Positions 49,878 to 61,208 of a stretch of 64,000 bases of DNA are shown one piece after another. Source of the stretch: Dimorphilus gyrociliatus. Lineage: Eukaryota; Animalia; Annelida. The DNA lies in NCBI GenBank assembly GCA_904063045.1, contig CAJFCJ010000051.1, positions 13,231 to 77,230 on the forward strand, written 5' to 3'. The stretch's first letter is position 1. Each line of letters begins with the position of its first letter. The position numbers and the translations under genes were made by a program. A model generated the notes under the pieces. It did no database searches. It saw nothing but the letters and a program-made list of their open reading frames with translations, and had not been told where the DNA came from.

Positions 49878-51410
49878 CTATATTTCACTAAAAAAGTGTC
49901 TAAGTAGGTGATTTTGTTGTTGTTTTTCAGGAAGTTCATTAAATCCACCGTTTTTGGTTAGCAACTTATTTTGTAGTTGCTCAGGAATTGTAATAAAGTT
50001 TAATCCAGCTTTTTTCATATTTCTTTCAGTGTATGTTGTAAAATAATGGCTAGGAAAAACCATTTTCTCTAATTTTATAGGCTGAGTAATAATTTTACTG
50101 GAGGATGTTAAGGCCTTGCTTTTGGTGTAAAAGAAAATTCTTTTGAATGATAACTTCCATTTTAAACATATCTCAATAATATCCATAAACTTTAATTCTT
50201 TAATCTTAATGAATAGTACATTTGGTGCATTTCCAACTGTTTTATCCTTTATCTGGAATATTTCATTTCCTGAAACCTTATCAAAAGAATTATCAGTTAT
50301 TAGTATATAATCAAAATCTTCTTTCCTAAATTCTTTCTTAAATGCTTGGTCAATTTTGACATTTGTCCTCTTTAGGTAAGTAAAGCTGTTTAGCCGTAAA
50401 ACATTCTCAGTCTTCTTTTCTTTGTTCATTCTTTGCTCTTGTACCTTCTCTTTCTCTTTCAATTCTGATTTTTGATGATGCGTTATACTTTGTGCGTTTC
50501 CTGTGTTTAAGTGTTGATCTTGTTGATGCTCCTGTGGTTCAGTTCTTCTCTCAATAACTGGTGCCTTTTTTCCTCCATTTAGCTCTTGCTGATTTGCCAT
50601 TTCTGGTTTTTCTTTGGACTCTTGATGGCATGTTCTTTTTTCCAGTCTAGCTTTCTTTCTCTTTGGTTCTTCTAATTCATTTGTTAAGTCATATGCAATA
50701 ACTTTATCCTTCATGGCTGCCTTTTCTCTTTTTTTCGATATTCTTGGAATAATTGTTTGAGTACATTCATCTTTAACTTTTGGTGATATTTGAATACCAA
50801 TCTCCTGTGTTAATGGCTTATCTACTTGGACTCCAACCTCTTGAATAACTTGTTGTGTCTCTGTTGGTTGAGTAGGCATAGCTTCTTGTATGGTAGTATT
50901 TCCAGTTAATTGTTCCTTCTTGTTAGTCATATTGTCATAAAAATCTAAAAGATCCTCATAAAATTCATTAATATAGCTTTTAGAAAATTCCCTGATATTC
51001 CGTTTACTGTTAAGGACCTCACCATTTACAAAATTTAAAATTTTTATTAATTCTTCCCTAGAATCCACTAGCTGTAGCAATCTTTTTAAATAAAAATATT
51101 GATCAAGTCTCTTTTGTAACTTGTAGAAATTTTTAAAACACTTTTCAACAGTATTTATTAGTTGGGCCTTTACTTCAAACATTTCTTCAAATGTATTATA
51201 TTCTTGAAAGTATTTATAATACTCTAATTTATTATTTGCACCTAAATCTGTTCTCTTCACTTCATTGTTTAAAATATGATCCCAATGATTGTGTGTTTTG
51301 GAATTTTCTGCTTTATAATAGCATTGAAGTATATATCGCAGTTGAACTTTTAAATTGTTTACATTCACATCAATATGTGGATGAGCATATGGCAGAGTTT
51401 TGTACGGCAT
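49878..51410 (-). CDS. Element-borne protein (conserved N-domain, charged linker, SGNH-like domain), 510 aa
   Basis: Long open ORF in very AT-rich DNA with an acceptor 19 nt before the ATG. Paralogous to the 25.0 and 32.1 kb ORFs. Motifs: YILITDNSF, CLKWKL. Confidence 0.75.
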   Translation of the reverse strand: MPYKTLPYAHPHIDVNVNNLKVQLRYILQCYYKAENSKTHNHWDHILNNEVKRTDLGANNKLEYYKYFQEYNTFEEMFEVKAQLINTVEKCFKNFYKLQKRLDQYFYLKRLLQLVDSREELIKILNFVNGEVLNSKRNIREFSKSYINEFYEDLLDFYDNMTNKKEQLTGNTTIQEAMPTQPTETQQVIQEVGVQVDKPLTQEIGIQISPKVKDECTQTIIPRISKKREKAAMKDKVIAYDLTNELEEPKRKKARLEKRTCHQESKEKPEMANQQELNGGKKAPVIERRTEPQEHQQDQHLNTGNAQSITHHQKSELKEKEKVQEQRMNKEKKTENVLRLNSFTYLKRTNVKIDQAFKKEFRKEDFDYILITDNSFDKVSGNEIFQIKDKTVGNAPNVLFIKIKELKFMDIIEICLKWKLSFKRIFFYTKSKALTSSSKIITQPIKLEKMVFPSHYFTTYTERNMKKAGLNFITIPEQLQNKLLTKNGGFNELPEKQQQNHLLRHFFSEI

Positions 51411-53014
51411 AAACCATTTGATACTCAGGCTATAGGAAAGGTTAAGAGTTATTAATTTCTCACAATTTAAAATTTATGTCAAATATTAAAATACATTAAA
51501 AAGTATATAAGGCTAATGGTGAATTAAAAATGTATGAACAATATAAAGTCTACTTCACACATGTATAAAAAGCCTTTTTTAAATGTGACTTTACCAACTA
51601 ATGACAATTTTGCCAAGGAATATTAATTATTTTAAATGTAATACTTAGTTATATTACTTTGAATTAACATTAGGAAATTGTTTATATGTCTTAAAAAGCT
51701 GATTACCTAAAACTTATAAGACCTACATTTGTGAAATTAATTCGGCACATATATGCCACAAATATATGTATTAAAGAAATATTTAAAACCATCAAATCAC
51801 TTACATCCTTCATAGTTCATTTTAAATATCTACATTTGCAACCAAATAGATTATTGTACAATAACCTTTATTATTCATACTATTTACATATTTTTATATA
51901 TATTTTAACCTACTATTTATTAATTTACAACTTTTAACCTATAATAGCAAAAGAATCAAGACTCTTACATCTTAATATTTTGTATTTCTTGCTTGATACA
52001 GCTTAGAATTTTTCTAATATCCTACAAATAAAAATATTTGCTATGTCTTTCTTCTTCTAAATTAACTTTTAAAAGATATTATTGTTGGATATTCACACTA
52101 TTTTTTAATTTCGCCTATTCCTAACATTATATATCTCTTTAAATATAAGATACATGAATAAATAATTCAATTAACATTTAATGCTCTTGATCAATTTAGT
52201 GCAAAATGCAAGAAATCAATCCAAAAAATACAAATATTACAATGGTCAATTCAGAACTAAAAAGTAAGGAATCAACCAGAAATCACTCAAATAATATACT
52301 AACTTTGAATTGGACATGATGATTTTTCTAAGAAAAGGATTGAAAAAGAAAGTTTTCCAGAAGTGTCTGTGGGAATCTATTAAAGAATGCAAAAAAGATG
52401 AATTAATAAGAAGGAAACTGTATAAATAAATCATCTTACCTGTATCAAATTCTTCACAGGAAGCTGTTATGGAACGATAAATTCATGGAAAAGGAGTGAA
52501 AATTTAGTGAAATTTTTGTAGATAACTTTTTTATTTATAAGTACTACCTTGAATATAATTGTTTTTGTCTTTAGAACAGCGTAGTAGAAGTGGAACTTTT
52601 CTAAAATTAATATATAACAATTAAACATTTGTAACAGAAGTTTTTGCTAAAACAGTTGAAAAACTGTAAGTAACTTACTAGCACAAAAGTATGATCTTCA
52701 CTTAATTGTGACGAATGTTATAATGAAGAAATAACCAGTATATATAGAAGGTATTGACTGTTTGAAAACCTTTTTACACAATGGAGAAAGGCTAATTAAA
52801 GAATTAAATCAGTGCCAGTTCTTTAAAAACAATTGATCCAACAAGTGCTTGTTTAAGGGTTGCTTTGTCAAGGAAATGTGTAAACAAGCTAATTAGGGTA
52901 TGACATTTAAGGCTTTTCTTAATTTGTAAAGAATCTGTCTTTTCTGGCTAAATTTTATTAGCCTATATAAATCATTTTAAATGTAGAAAGAATTCATTTG
53001 ACATTTAACGCAAA

Positions 53015-53317
53015 ATGGAACCATGGATGGTTACAGTTCAAAAGCACTATGCAGTTCTTGTAAACATTGAAAATTATTTAGAGGAGCTTGACGAAACTGA
53101 TGGATTGTGTTTGTATATCATGCTAAGTGAAAAGCAAATAGTTCTGATGAGATTATTTAATAAGGAGAAAAATGAATATATGCAGTCTGCTTTAAATTGT
53201 TGTGTTCAAAAGATGGCAGTCCTGAAGAGGAAACTTCAAGAAAAGTATGATTTTCATTTATGTTCTAAAAGGATGGAAGAAATATTTGGAATTAACATTT
53301 ATGACTATTGGAAATAA
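53015..53317 (+). CDS. Small orphan protein, 100 aa
   Basis: ATG start, upstream acceptor at 52986, AATAAA ~35 nt after the stop. Confidence 0.45.
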   Translation: MEPWMVTVQKHYAVLVNIENYLEELDETDGLCLYIMLSEKQIVLMRLFNKEKNEYMQSALNCCVQKMAVLKRKLQEKYDFHLCSKRMEEIFGINIYDYWK

Positions 53318-54818
53318 TAGCAAAAATTTGCTTTTTTGGTTATTGTTTAATTCAATAAAATGTTATACTATAATAATAATAGTTTTTTTAACTGAAATTT
53401 TATGATATAAGCAATGGATAGTTTTGTGAGAATGTTTCTTATCTGCCGTTTTTGAGATAAGCTGATTATAGGGAACAAATCTTTTCAAGTTTTTTTATCA
53501 TGACACTTTCACATATTTTGACTGGAGATAGCGTTCACATGGGAAAAACAGTAGAAATGTTTCAAGACATTAGGTAATTGTATATTATATATATATATAT
53601 CACTTGGAATTAACCACTAAATTACAGTTTTGCTTTACTCAATTACTGTTTACCCAATTTATCAAGCTTTTTTATATATATAGATTATTCTGGCTTGTAT
53701 TATATTGTGCAAAGATTTAACAAGCATTTATGTTTGTTCTGATCCTTCTTTCATGATATGTCATTTTGTCAAATTTTATGAATGATTTATACTGAATACT
53801 TTATTGCATTATTTTAATTTAATTAATAGTTTTACTATTTTATAGCATACATTGTTTTTTGAATTATATGATAGCTGGAGTAGGTGGAGTTTTCTTTCTC
53901 TGAGATAAGTGTTAGCCAATGGGGAGCCAGTACTATCTCTTGATTCGATAAAAAGGGAGTTTTTCATTTTAGTTATTTACAATCAACTTGGTCTCCATTC
54001 GGTAAGGATGATAGTTCTCTAATGCATAAAATTAAAGTAACATTTTCTTTAACAGAATCTTCAATCTTTCAATTCTTTCATTGTCAAGATATTTAAGTTA
54101 AAATATAACTAGGTGAGTTAATGTTTTAATTTATTTAATTGGTTTCATATTCTCTTTAATATTACAATTCTTTCAGCGCTTCATTACGGTTGGTCCTCTT
54201 AATTGCAAGAAAATCCTAAAAATATTTTAAAGTATGTATTTCTATGTTGTTCTGTCCTGTACTTCTCCCTCATAGTTGTATTTTATGCAACTAGAGAGAT
54301 GTTCATTTATATATGATAATTATATAATACTGTTAATATCTGGAAGAGCATATGCAGCACAGGCATGAAATCTTTATTATTGTAAATATTTTTTTAGGTT
54401 GTGTTGGAGTTTCTTTAAATTTTTTTGATTTACACTTACTGAAAAAAGAGTGGAAAAATAAGATGAATATACTACTTCAAATTTAACCATTGAAATTTTC
54501 AACAAACTCTAATAAAAAGAAATTTTTCAAGCCTAAAATTATTTGAAAACTACTACTTTACCATGGTATACTATGCAAACCAAACATTTAAAAAAAAAAT
54601 ACCAGTTTCATGGCCATAATAAAGATTTTTTGCCTTGCTGTATTAATAAAACATAAGGGTTTTGAAGATGCCATTTACGTAGAACTTATCTAGATTAGAT
54701 ATTTTCTGTGGACAATATCTATCTCTTGCATATCTTCATTTGTATATGGCAGTATAGAAAAACCTTTAATTTATTAAAGTTTTGTAACAAATATATTGAA
54801 ACTTGGTTGTTGCTACAG

Positions 54819-55142
54819 ATGATAACATTTATTATTGATCTCATTCAAGAAGTTAACCATAAATTGTATCAAATAATTGGGCTTTTTAACAAAAACATGC
54901 TTTTAGATGAAGCATTTTATAGTTTGTTTTGCAATCATTATATTAAGGATTTGAGCTATGTTCAAGATATACTAGAACTAATATATGATTATAATGAACA
55001 TAATAATTTGATGTATGCAGAGTTACAAGATAAAATATTTAAAACCATTATCAATATTAATACTGTAACAAATTTAAAAGACATACTTGTGGAATTTGAT
55101 TTGCATGTGTTACCAACTGATTTTCTGTTCAATCTAAATTAA
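54819..55142 (+). CDS. Small orphan protein, 107 aa
   Basis: ATG directly after TTGCTACAG, in frame with ORF 54708-55142. Confidence 0.45.
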   Translation: MITFIIDLIQEVNHKLYQIIGLFNKNMLLDEAFYSLFCNHYIKDLSYVQDILELIYDYNEHNNLMYAELQDKIFKTIININTVTNLKDILVEFDLHVLPTDFLFNLN

Positions 55143-55174
55143 AACATGGCAAGACAGAGATTTTGATAGTAAAA

Positions 55175-55211
<37 letters not shown>

Positions 55212-55392
55212 CCTAATGTATATATATATATATATATATACATTAGTGTCACTAAGTCTTTGTTTTCATAAATATCTGACGAATTAATTGCTTTTTAAAT
55301 TATAAATTTTATTCAAAATTGTAAAAGTCATTATATTAGATAATTTTTTTGGCTTCTTTTACAGACTAATCCATTCTTGCTATATATTTCCA

Positions 55393-55665
55393 ATGAATGA
55401 CTTTGAATATTTTTATGATAATAGAACTAAACACATTAACAATCTCTTGGAAATGTTAAATAGTGATAATACAACATTGAATGAGAAAACATATGGAGAA
55501 TGGGAAGAATGTTTATGCATAACTTTTGATGTTTTGGAAGACAATATCATGGTAATGAAATCTGTTCAACATTGGGAAGAATATTTGAAAAGAAAAAACC
55601 TTAACAAACTTTATGATAATTTGATTTCCAGTATTCTTAATTATGTTATTAAATATCATTGTTAA
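55393..55665 (+). CDS. Small orphan protein, 90 aa
   Basis: ATG start with an acceptor at 55364. Begins MNDFEY, like MSEFEY of the 57279 ORF. Confidence 0.45.
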   Translation: MNDFEYFYDNRTKHINNLLEMLNSDNTTLNEKTYGEWEECLCITFDVLEDNIMVMKSVQHWEEYLKRKNLNKLYDNLISSILNYVIKYHC

Positions 55666-55908
55666 GATGAAAAATTACATGTATGGTTTTTCCCATTGTT
55701 AGCTTATTAATTTGTTTTTTTTTGTCACTTGACATAGTATTCTGAAAGAAATTAGTTGGTAACAATCTATTTGCTCCTCTTTTTTAAACTTTTATATAAC
55801 TCAGGATAAATAAAATTTGAAAAGATTAATTCCTACTTTTATCTAGCTTTAAAAACCAAATTGAATCATAAGTATCATATTTATATTTATCTTTTTTTTA
55901 ACCAGATT

Positions 55909-57126
55909 ATGGCATATAGAAATGAAAAGCTTTTCAAATTTAAATCAAAGAAAACTCATGCTAAAATGGGTACAAGTAAAAATCAATTAAGTGATTGTGA
56001 AGTAGAAACAATACATAAACCACCTGAGTCTGTTCAATGTTTAAAAAGAGATGATGAAACAAGTAGAGCATGTTCAATAGAAAACAAGAAACAAACAACC
56101 TTAATCCAATGCTTCAGTAAAAAGAGAAAGAATGAAGTGGTAGATATTATTCATGTACCAGAAGCAGATTGTACTAAAGAAAAGGATTCAGAAACAGTTT
56201 CTGAAATAGAGATATGCGACAAACTTAGTCAACCAAAGAGAAAGAAACAAATTGATATTGTTGAAATATCATCATCATCACAGTCATCCACAGAGGAGTT
56301 AATGAGAAAAATATCAACCAATTTTGAGGAGGAGTTTTTAATGAAAGATTCCAATTTGCAAATTGATGAAACCTTAAAGAAGAAATTACTACATCAACAG
56401 AAATGTGATGATATCAAATTTGAAAGTGGTTTAACTGTATTTGTAAGGAGAAAAAGCCAATCGTTTATAAATTTTCTTGAACATTTCTGTAAAAATAGGC
56501 CTTTTGTAGCCATTGATATCCCACAATTAATAAGACAAGTTCCCCCCCAGAAAGAAATTAAATCAAAGTATTTAATTATAACTGATACAAGCTTTGATTA
56601 TGATAAGAATACCTTAGCTCTTAACATACTAAAATTTGGTTTAGATAACGAATTATACATAATCCATATTGAGGATTTAATGGCAAATGATTTGCCAAAG
56701 ATACTAAATGATTGGAAATTTGAATGCAAACAAATTGTAATACATTTGTTAGAACATCCAATTGTTATTAACAATTATCTGGAGAACTTTTACAGAGAAT
56801 TTAAACTAATATCTGATTCAAACCAAGTTTTTATATGTATAACAATAAAAATTAATAATATACCAAGGTTTTGTAACTTTCCTTTTAAAAATTGTGACAA
56901 ACTGGTTGAGGTAGGTAATAAGAATCATTTAGAAAATAAATTTGTTAAGACTTATTATCTTCCAAATAATGAAACTATCCTCAAGAATCCCTATATAATA
57001 ATTATCCAATTTTTAGTAAATTTTAACAAAGGGTCTGTAATAGAAGTACCAGATTTAAAAAAGCTTGTTAATCAACACAACAAAAACAAAGATAAATCTT
57101 CAAAAGATAAATTGTTAGATTGTTAG
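55909..57126 (+). CDS. Element-borne protein with SGNH-like C-terminal domain, ~405 aa
   Basis: ATG 3 nt after TTTTTTTTAACCAG. Motifs YLIITDTSF and ILNDWKF are shared with the paralog family. Confidence 0.7.
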   Translation: MAYRNEKLFKFKSKKTHAKMGTSKNQLSDCEVETIHKPPESVQCLKRDDETSRACSIENKKQTTLIQCFSKKRKNEVVDIIHVPEADCTKEKDSETVSEIEICDKLSQPKRKKQIDIVEISSSSQSSTEELMRKISTNFEEEFLMKDSNLQIDETLKKKLLHQQKCDDIKFESGLTVFVRRKSQSFINFLEHFCKNRPFVAIDIPQLIRQVPPQKEIKSKYLIITDTSFDYDKNTLALNILKFGLDNELYIIHIEDLMANDLPKILNDWKFECKQIVIHLLEHPIVINNYLENFYREFKLISDSNQVFICITIKINNIPRFCNFPFKNCDKLVEVGNKNHLENKFVKTYYLPNNETILKNPYIIIIQFLVNFNKGSVIEVPDLKKLVNQHNKNKDKSSKDKLLDC

Positions 57127-57278
57127 TAATCTTTGTCAAGAAATTAAGAAATTCATTGTGAAATGAAGGTTATGTGAAATTTACATAAAAACATTTTTTA
57201 AGCTAATAATTATGTGATCTGTTTGAAAAATTTGAATACAAATTCTTTTTTGTTAATTCTCTTTTTTTTTACCAAAAG

Positions 57279-57578
57279 ATGAGTGAATTTGAATACAAGA
57301 TTGAGAATAAGCTGTATTACTTGACAATTGTCAAAGATGAAATATCTGGACTTGGATTTTTCAACCCATTATCCAGAAATCAAGTTTATGATATTTTTAC
57401 AAAACTGGTAGAGGAGGAAGAAGAATTCATGGGACTCTATCCTAAAATTAGTGGAGTGGATCAAGAAAAACTAAAAGAATTACTTGATACATATCATGAA
57501 ATATTTTGTTATATTGTAGAAGTATTATTTGATATTAATGATGTATTGTTCCAGGTTCATGACAATTTATTTTATTAA
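57279..57578 (+). CDS. Small orphan acidic protein, 99 aa
   Basis: ATG directly after a T-rich acceptor; AATAAA ~35 nt after the stop. Confidence 0.45.
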   Translation: MSEFEYKIENKLYYLTIVKDEISGLGFFNPLSRNQVYDIFTKLVEEEEEFMGLYPKISGVDQEKLKELLDTYHEIFCYIVEVLFDINDVLFQVHDNLFY

Positions 57579-58459
57579 AAGATATAATCATTTTATCAAA
57601 CCTATTAAGTTAAATAAACATTATTGATGTGGCTTAAATAAAAAGAACAACAAAACCTAAAATAAATATTCATAACAACTAAATTTATAAAACATTTAGG
57701 TAAAGATGGGAGTTTCCATTTAATTGACTAAAGAGTTCTTTCTAAAATGTGAAGAGTTCTTTGGATTCTTTTGATGCATGTGATTGATAATGTACTTCTC
57801 TTATAAGCTGGAACTTTAATTTAATGAAAATATTCCAAAATAAAGAGTTATAGACAAGAGAATAAGAAATTTTCAGAATTTTTGCTTTGAAAAATAAAAT
57901 TACTTTGAAAAATGTAAATATTTTTAAATATCAAGATCTAACTTACAAAAGAAATATATTATTTACTCATATTTGTTGCTTAAACTCTAATTGTACAAAA
58001 AAATTCAAATAAACAACTATGACAACACTTAATAATAACATTTATTTGTTGAAATTTTTACTATGATTTTAAAAAGAAAGCTTTATAATGTGACAAAATA
58101 TTAAAACTATTGTTCAATTATTTTAATATATTTTGTTAGGTGAAAGGGCTAGGGTTTAGGGTTAGGAAAAAATGGTTTGAAACTTAATTATATCTATATA
58201 GATAACTATTCATTTTAATAGTATTGAATGACAATATCTCGTAAGTTTAAAGATACATTGACTAAGTACTTGTTTGATATTGAGCTTACAATACAAAAGA
58301 GTCTACTTTTCCTGTAGTAGTAACTGTTCACATAAAAAAACTTGAAAAAAGATAACATTTTATAATGTATTACTAGCCTATTACTACAATTTCAAGCCGT
58401 TTTAATTAAAAAGAAAAAAGTCAATATTTAATTCTTCTTTAAAAGAAATATATGAAAAT

Positions 58460-59020
58460 ACTGACAGTATAAAGCATAGAATTTAGGGTATCTTTCCATA
58501 AATCTGTAGATACTCTTACTTGAGCAGTATTTGGATTAATGGTAAAAAATTGAGGTGCTGGGAACACTCCTACCAGCTGGTATTCAATTTTTCCTTCATT
58601 GTCTCTATCTTGTGTTGTCAAATCAAGGAGGAGTGGACTGATCACTGACTCTAACTAGAATCTGATTTAAAGGAAAATAATAGAATTATGACATAAATCT
58701 ACAAAGAAGACAGTTTTATGTTTAAGATTTTACTGTATCAGTATTGTGAGTTAAAGATTGAAGATTGTATTTGAGACTAATTGATCCAGTTGATGGATCA
58801 ATATGATATCTTTGCATTACATCTTCTGTACCAGTTATTTCATATCTGAAAAATATTAAAATGAATATACACATATTTTATTAACAAATATAATGTTACC
58901 TTAGTACATCATCCTGTATCCTGATCATTTGCTTTTACTTTAATTATTTGGTGACCAATTTGATATCTATCATTAATCGAAACTCTGTATCTACTTTGCT
59001 CAAATTTCAGTTGATAAAAG
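58460..59020 (-). pseudogene. Cadherin-repeat gene fragment with introns
   Basis: Three exon pieces: KFEQSRYRVSINDRYQIGHQIIKVKANDQD; YEITGTEDVMQRYHIDPSTGSISL; ILVRVSD and TTQDRDNEGKIEYQLVGVFPAPQFFTINPNT. They are flanked by GT-AG sites and carry stops and frameshifts. Confidence 0.75.
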
Positions 59021-59464
59021 TTCCTATTAACTCAAAGGATTAGAGAAAAAATTGCAGAGGAAGTTACAGGTCATTTATCATCTATAACTTTGATTTCACA
59101 AGTGAAATACTGTTTAAGGTCAACTTGTTATTTAAAACATACAATCACTCATTCGAAAAAATCAAAGGATGTCTGAATATTTCTGATTATCAAATTTCTC
59201 AGATGATGGCTTTGAATTTTAAAATATGACCTGATTTATTTAAATTCCAGAAAACAAACTTCATTTCTAATAAATTTAGAACGCCAATCAATTACCAAAA
59301 ATGTTGAAATAATCAGGTCCAAAAAACAATTTTTTGTTGAATCAATGATATTTTTGCAAGAGATCTCAAACCAGAAACTAATCAGAAAATAGGACAATGT
59401 CATCATGAAATTTTTTTAATTGATCATTTGGACCATAGAAAGAAAAATCACAGTCAGGGGCAAC

Positions 59465-59884
59465 ATGTTCGGATTTGGTAAGGCAAAGGATGAGGAAAAA
59501 GAAAAGTCAAAAATTGAAACCAAAAAGAACCAGTCAGAAGATCAGAAACCTGATAAAGATACAAAAAGAGTTAAAAAGGGCAGCGTAGAAGGATTACAAG
59601 AGGAGCCACTCAAGGAAAAACAACAGGAGGAAACAAGGAAATCAGAAGAGAAGCAAACTGAAAAAAACGACACAGATGAAAAACAGAGCAAAGAACAGGA
59701 AAAATCTGAGTCAAAACTCAAGAAAGACCAAGATTTGCTGAAAGAAGAGCAAAAGGCTCTAGAAAAAGAGAAATCTAAGCTAAAAAGTGATCAGGAGATG
59801 TTTCTCAGCAGGAAGACTGACAGTTACGAGGAAAAACATGAAAAGCTCATCGATCTCTTCAAAAATGAATCTAGAATTTCATAA
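59465..59884 (+). other. K/E-rich ORF running into GPI remnants
   Basis: MFGFGKAKDEEKEK..., low complexity, with a GGG-like motif just upstream of the ATG. Identity unknown. Confidence 0.35.
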
Positions 59885-60368
59885 CAGAAAAGATGTGAAT
59901 GTTCATTTTGTATCAAATGTTGATCAGGTTGAAATGTTAAAGACATTCGAGAAAATTGATCCAGAAGAGACTCTGTTTATTGTTGTGAGCAAAGATTCAC
60001 AACACAGGAGACCATGTCAAATGCCCAGGTTGCCTTAAAAATGATTGAAGAAAAAACTGGAAAAAGCTGAGCAGAAATCGCTGAAAAATAATTCAAAGGA
60101 TTACAAATTCTTCCCAGGCGACAGACCATCAATAACAGTGGCATATTCCAGATTGACACCTGAGATCGTAGGGGCTCTGATCACATTCACAGAGCACAAA
60201 TTGTACGTTCAGGGTCTTTACTGGAAAATTAATTCATTTGACCAATTTGGTGTGACACTTGGCAAATCTGTTGCGTTGGACATCCTCAAGGCCATGGATG
60301 AGGATGTAAAGCACATGGACACAGGCTCAATGTGTCTTCTGGGCCTTTACAAAGAGTTAAATGATTGA
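59880..60368 (+). pseudogene. GPI: Glucose-6-phosphate isomerase, internally deleted and frameshifted, microsporidian-like context
   Basis: VHFVSNVD...DPEETLFIVVSK, then shifted TTQETMSNA, then FPGDRPS...EHKLYVQGLYWKINSFDQFGVTLGK. Contains stops and a large internal deletion. Confidence 0.85.
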
Positions 60369-60517
60369 GAAACTGAAAAATAAAGATTTTCTTGAGTTCT
60401 TTCAAATTTTATGGTGAAATTCAAAGGCAGTCTATTCTGAAATATTTTTTAGATATTTTACTTCTAAAAAAGTGACTTAAATCATATAAAACTTATTTGT
60501 GTTGATTTTACCATCCA

Positions 60518-61137
60518 ATGAAGGACTTGATTTCCAGGATTGAAAGTTTCAAAAACCCAGATCTTACAGCTGAAAGAAAGATGCAATTTGCAGTGGCCAG
60601 ATTATCTTGCCCATCTGAGTCAAAATTTCTCAATACTCTCAATACGCCGTGCCATTTTTGTGATGTCAGACTGGGTGACTGGGACGAGGAGGACGATCCG
60701 TTCATTGAGCACAGTAAATGAGCAGAAAAATGTCCAATTTACAATTTAAGAATGAAGATTTCTAGAAAAAAGACTTTCAAAGACATGCCTTTTGAAGAAG
60801 CGCAGATTTCCAAGATGGTGAAAAACCATCAAAAAGAACAGAAACTGAAATTGCATCATAAGAAATGGGCAAAACTGACAACGACTTCTTTTATGTTGAA
60901 CTTCTCAAAGACAACTACAACAATATGTTGCAAAAAATACAGACACCTGAATTTCAACTGACAGAATCTGAAAGGGAAGAAATTGAATTTCTGTTGTCAT
61001 TGCTCAAATCGACAGGACCGTTTTTGAAGGTCAAAGACGTTTTGACTGAGGCTGTAAAAATGGCAGGTAAAAAAATTGAAAAAGAAATGGAAAAAGATAT
61101 CAAAGAGATCCAAGACATGATCTCTGCAGCAGAATGA
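60518..61137 (+). pseudogene. BIR-domain (survivin/Bir1-like) gene with nonsense codon and frameshift
   Basis: RIESF...CHFCDVRLGDWDEEDDPFIEHSK*AEKCP is a BIR signature. It continues in frame into 60752, then shifts into 60865-61137. Confidence 0.75.
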
Positions 61138-61208
61138 AATTATAAATAAAAAATGGGTGTTTTTCCTGTTTAAAGTCTTTTTCTAAAAGTCTTAGAGAAG
61201 AATTGATT

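Larger units (their letters stand above)
39187..58140 (-). mobile_element. Giant telomere-associated Penelope-like retroelement (Terminon/Athena-like), multi-ORF
   Basis: TTAGGG junction at 39187-39220, then tandem hammerhead repeats, a PLE RT ORF and co-oriented paralogous ORFs. A plus-strand ORF cluster follows, and the next TTAGGG-like junction is at ~58145. The distal boundary is inferred. Confidence 0.7.
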
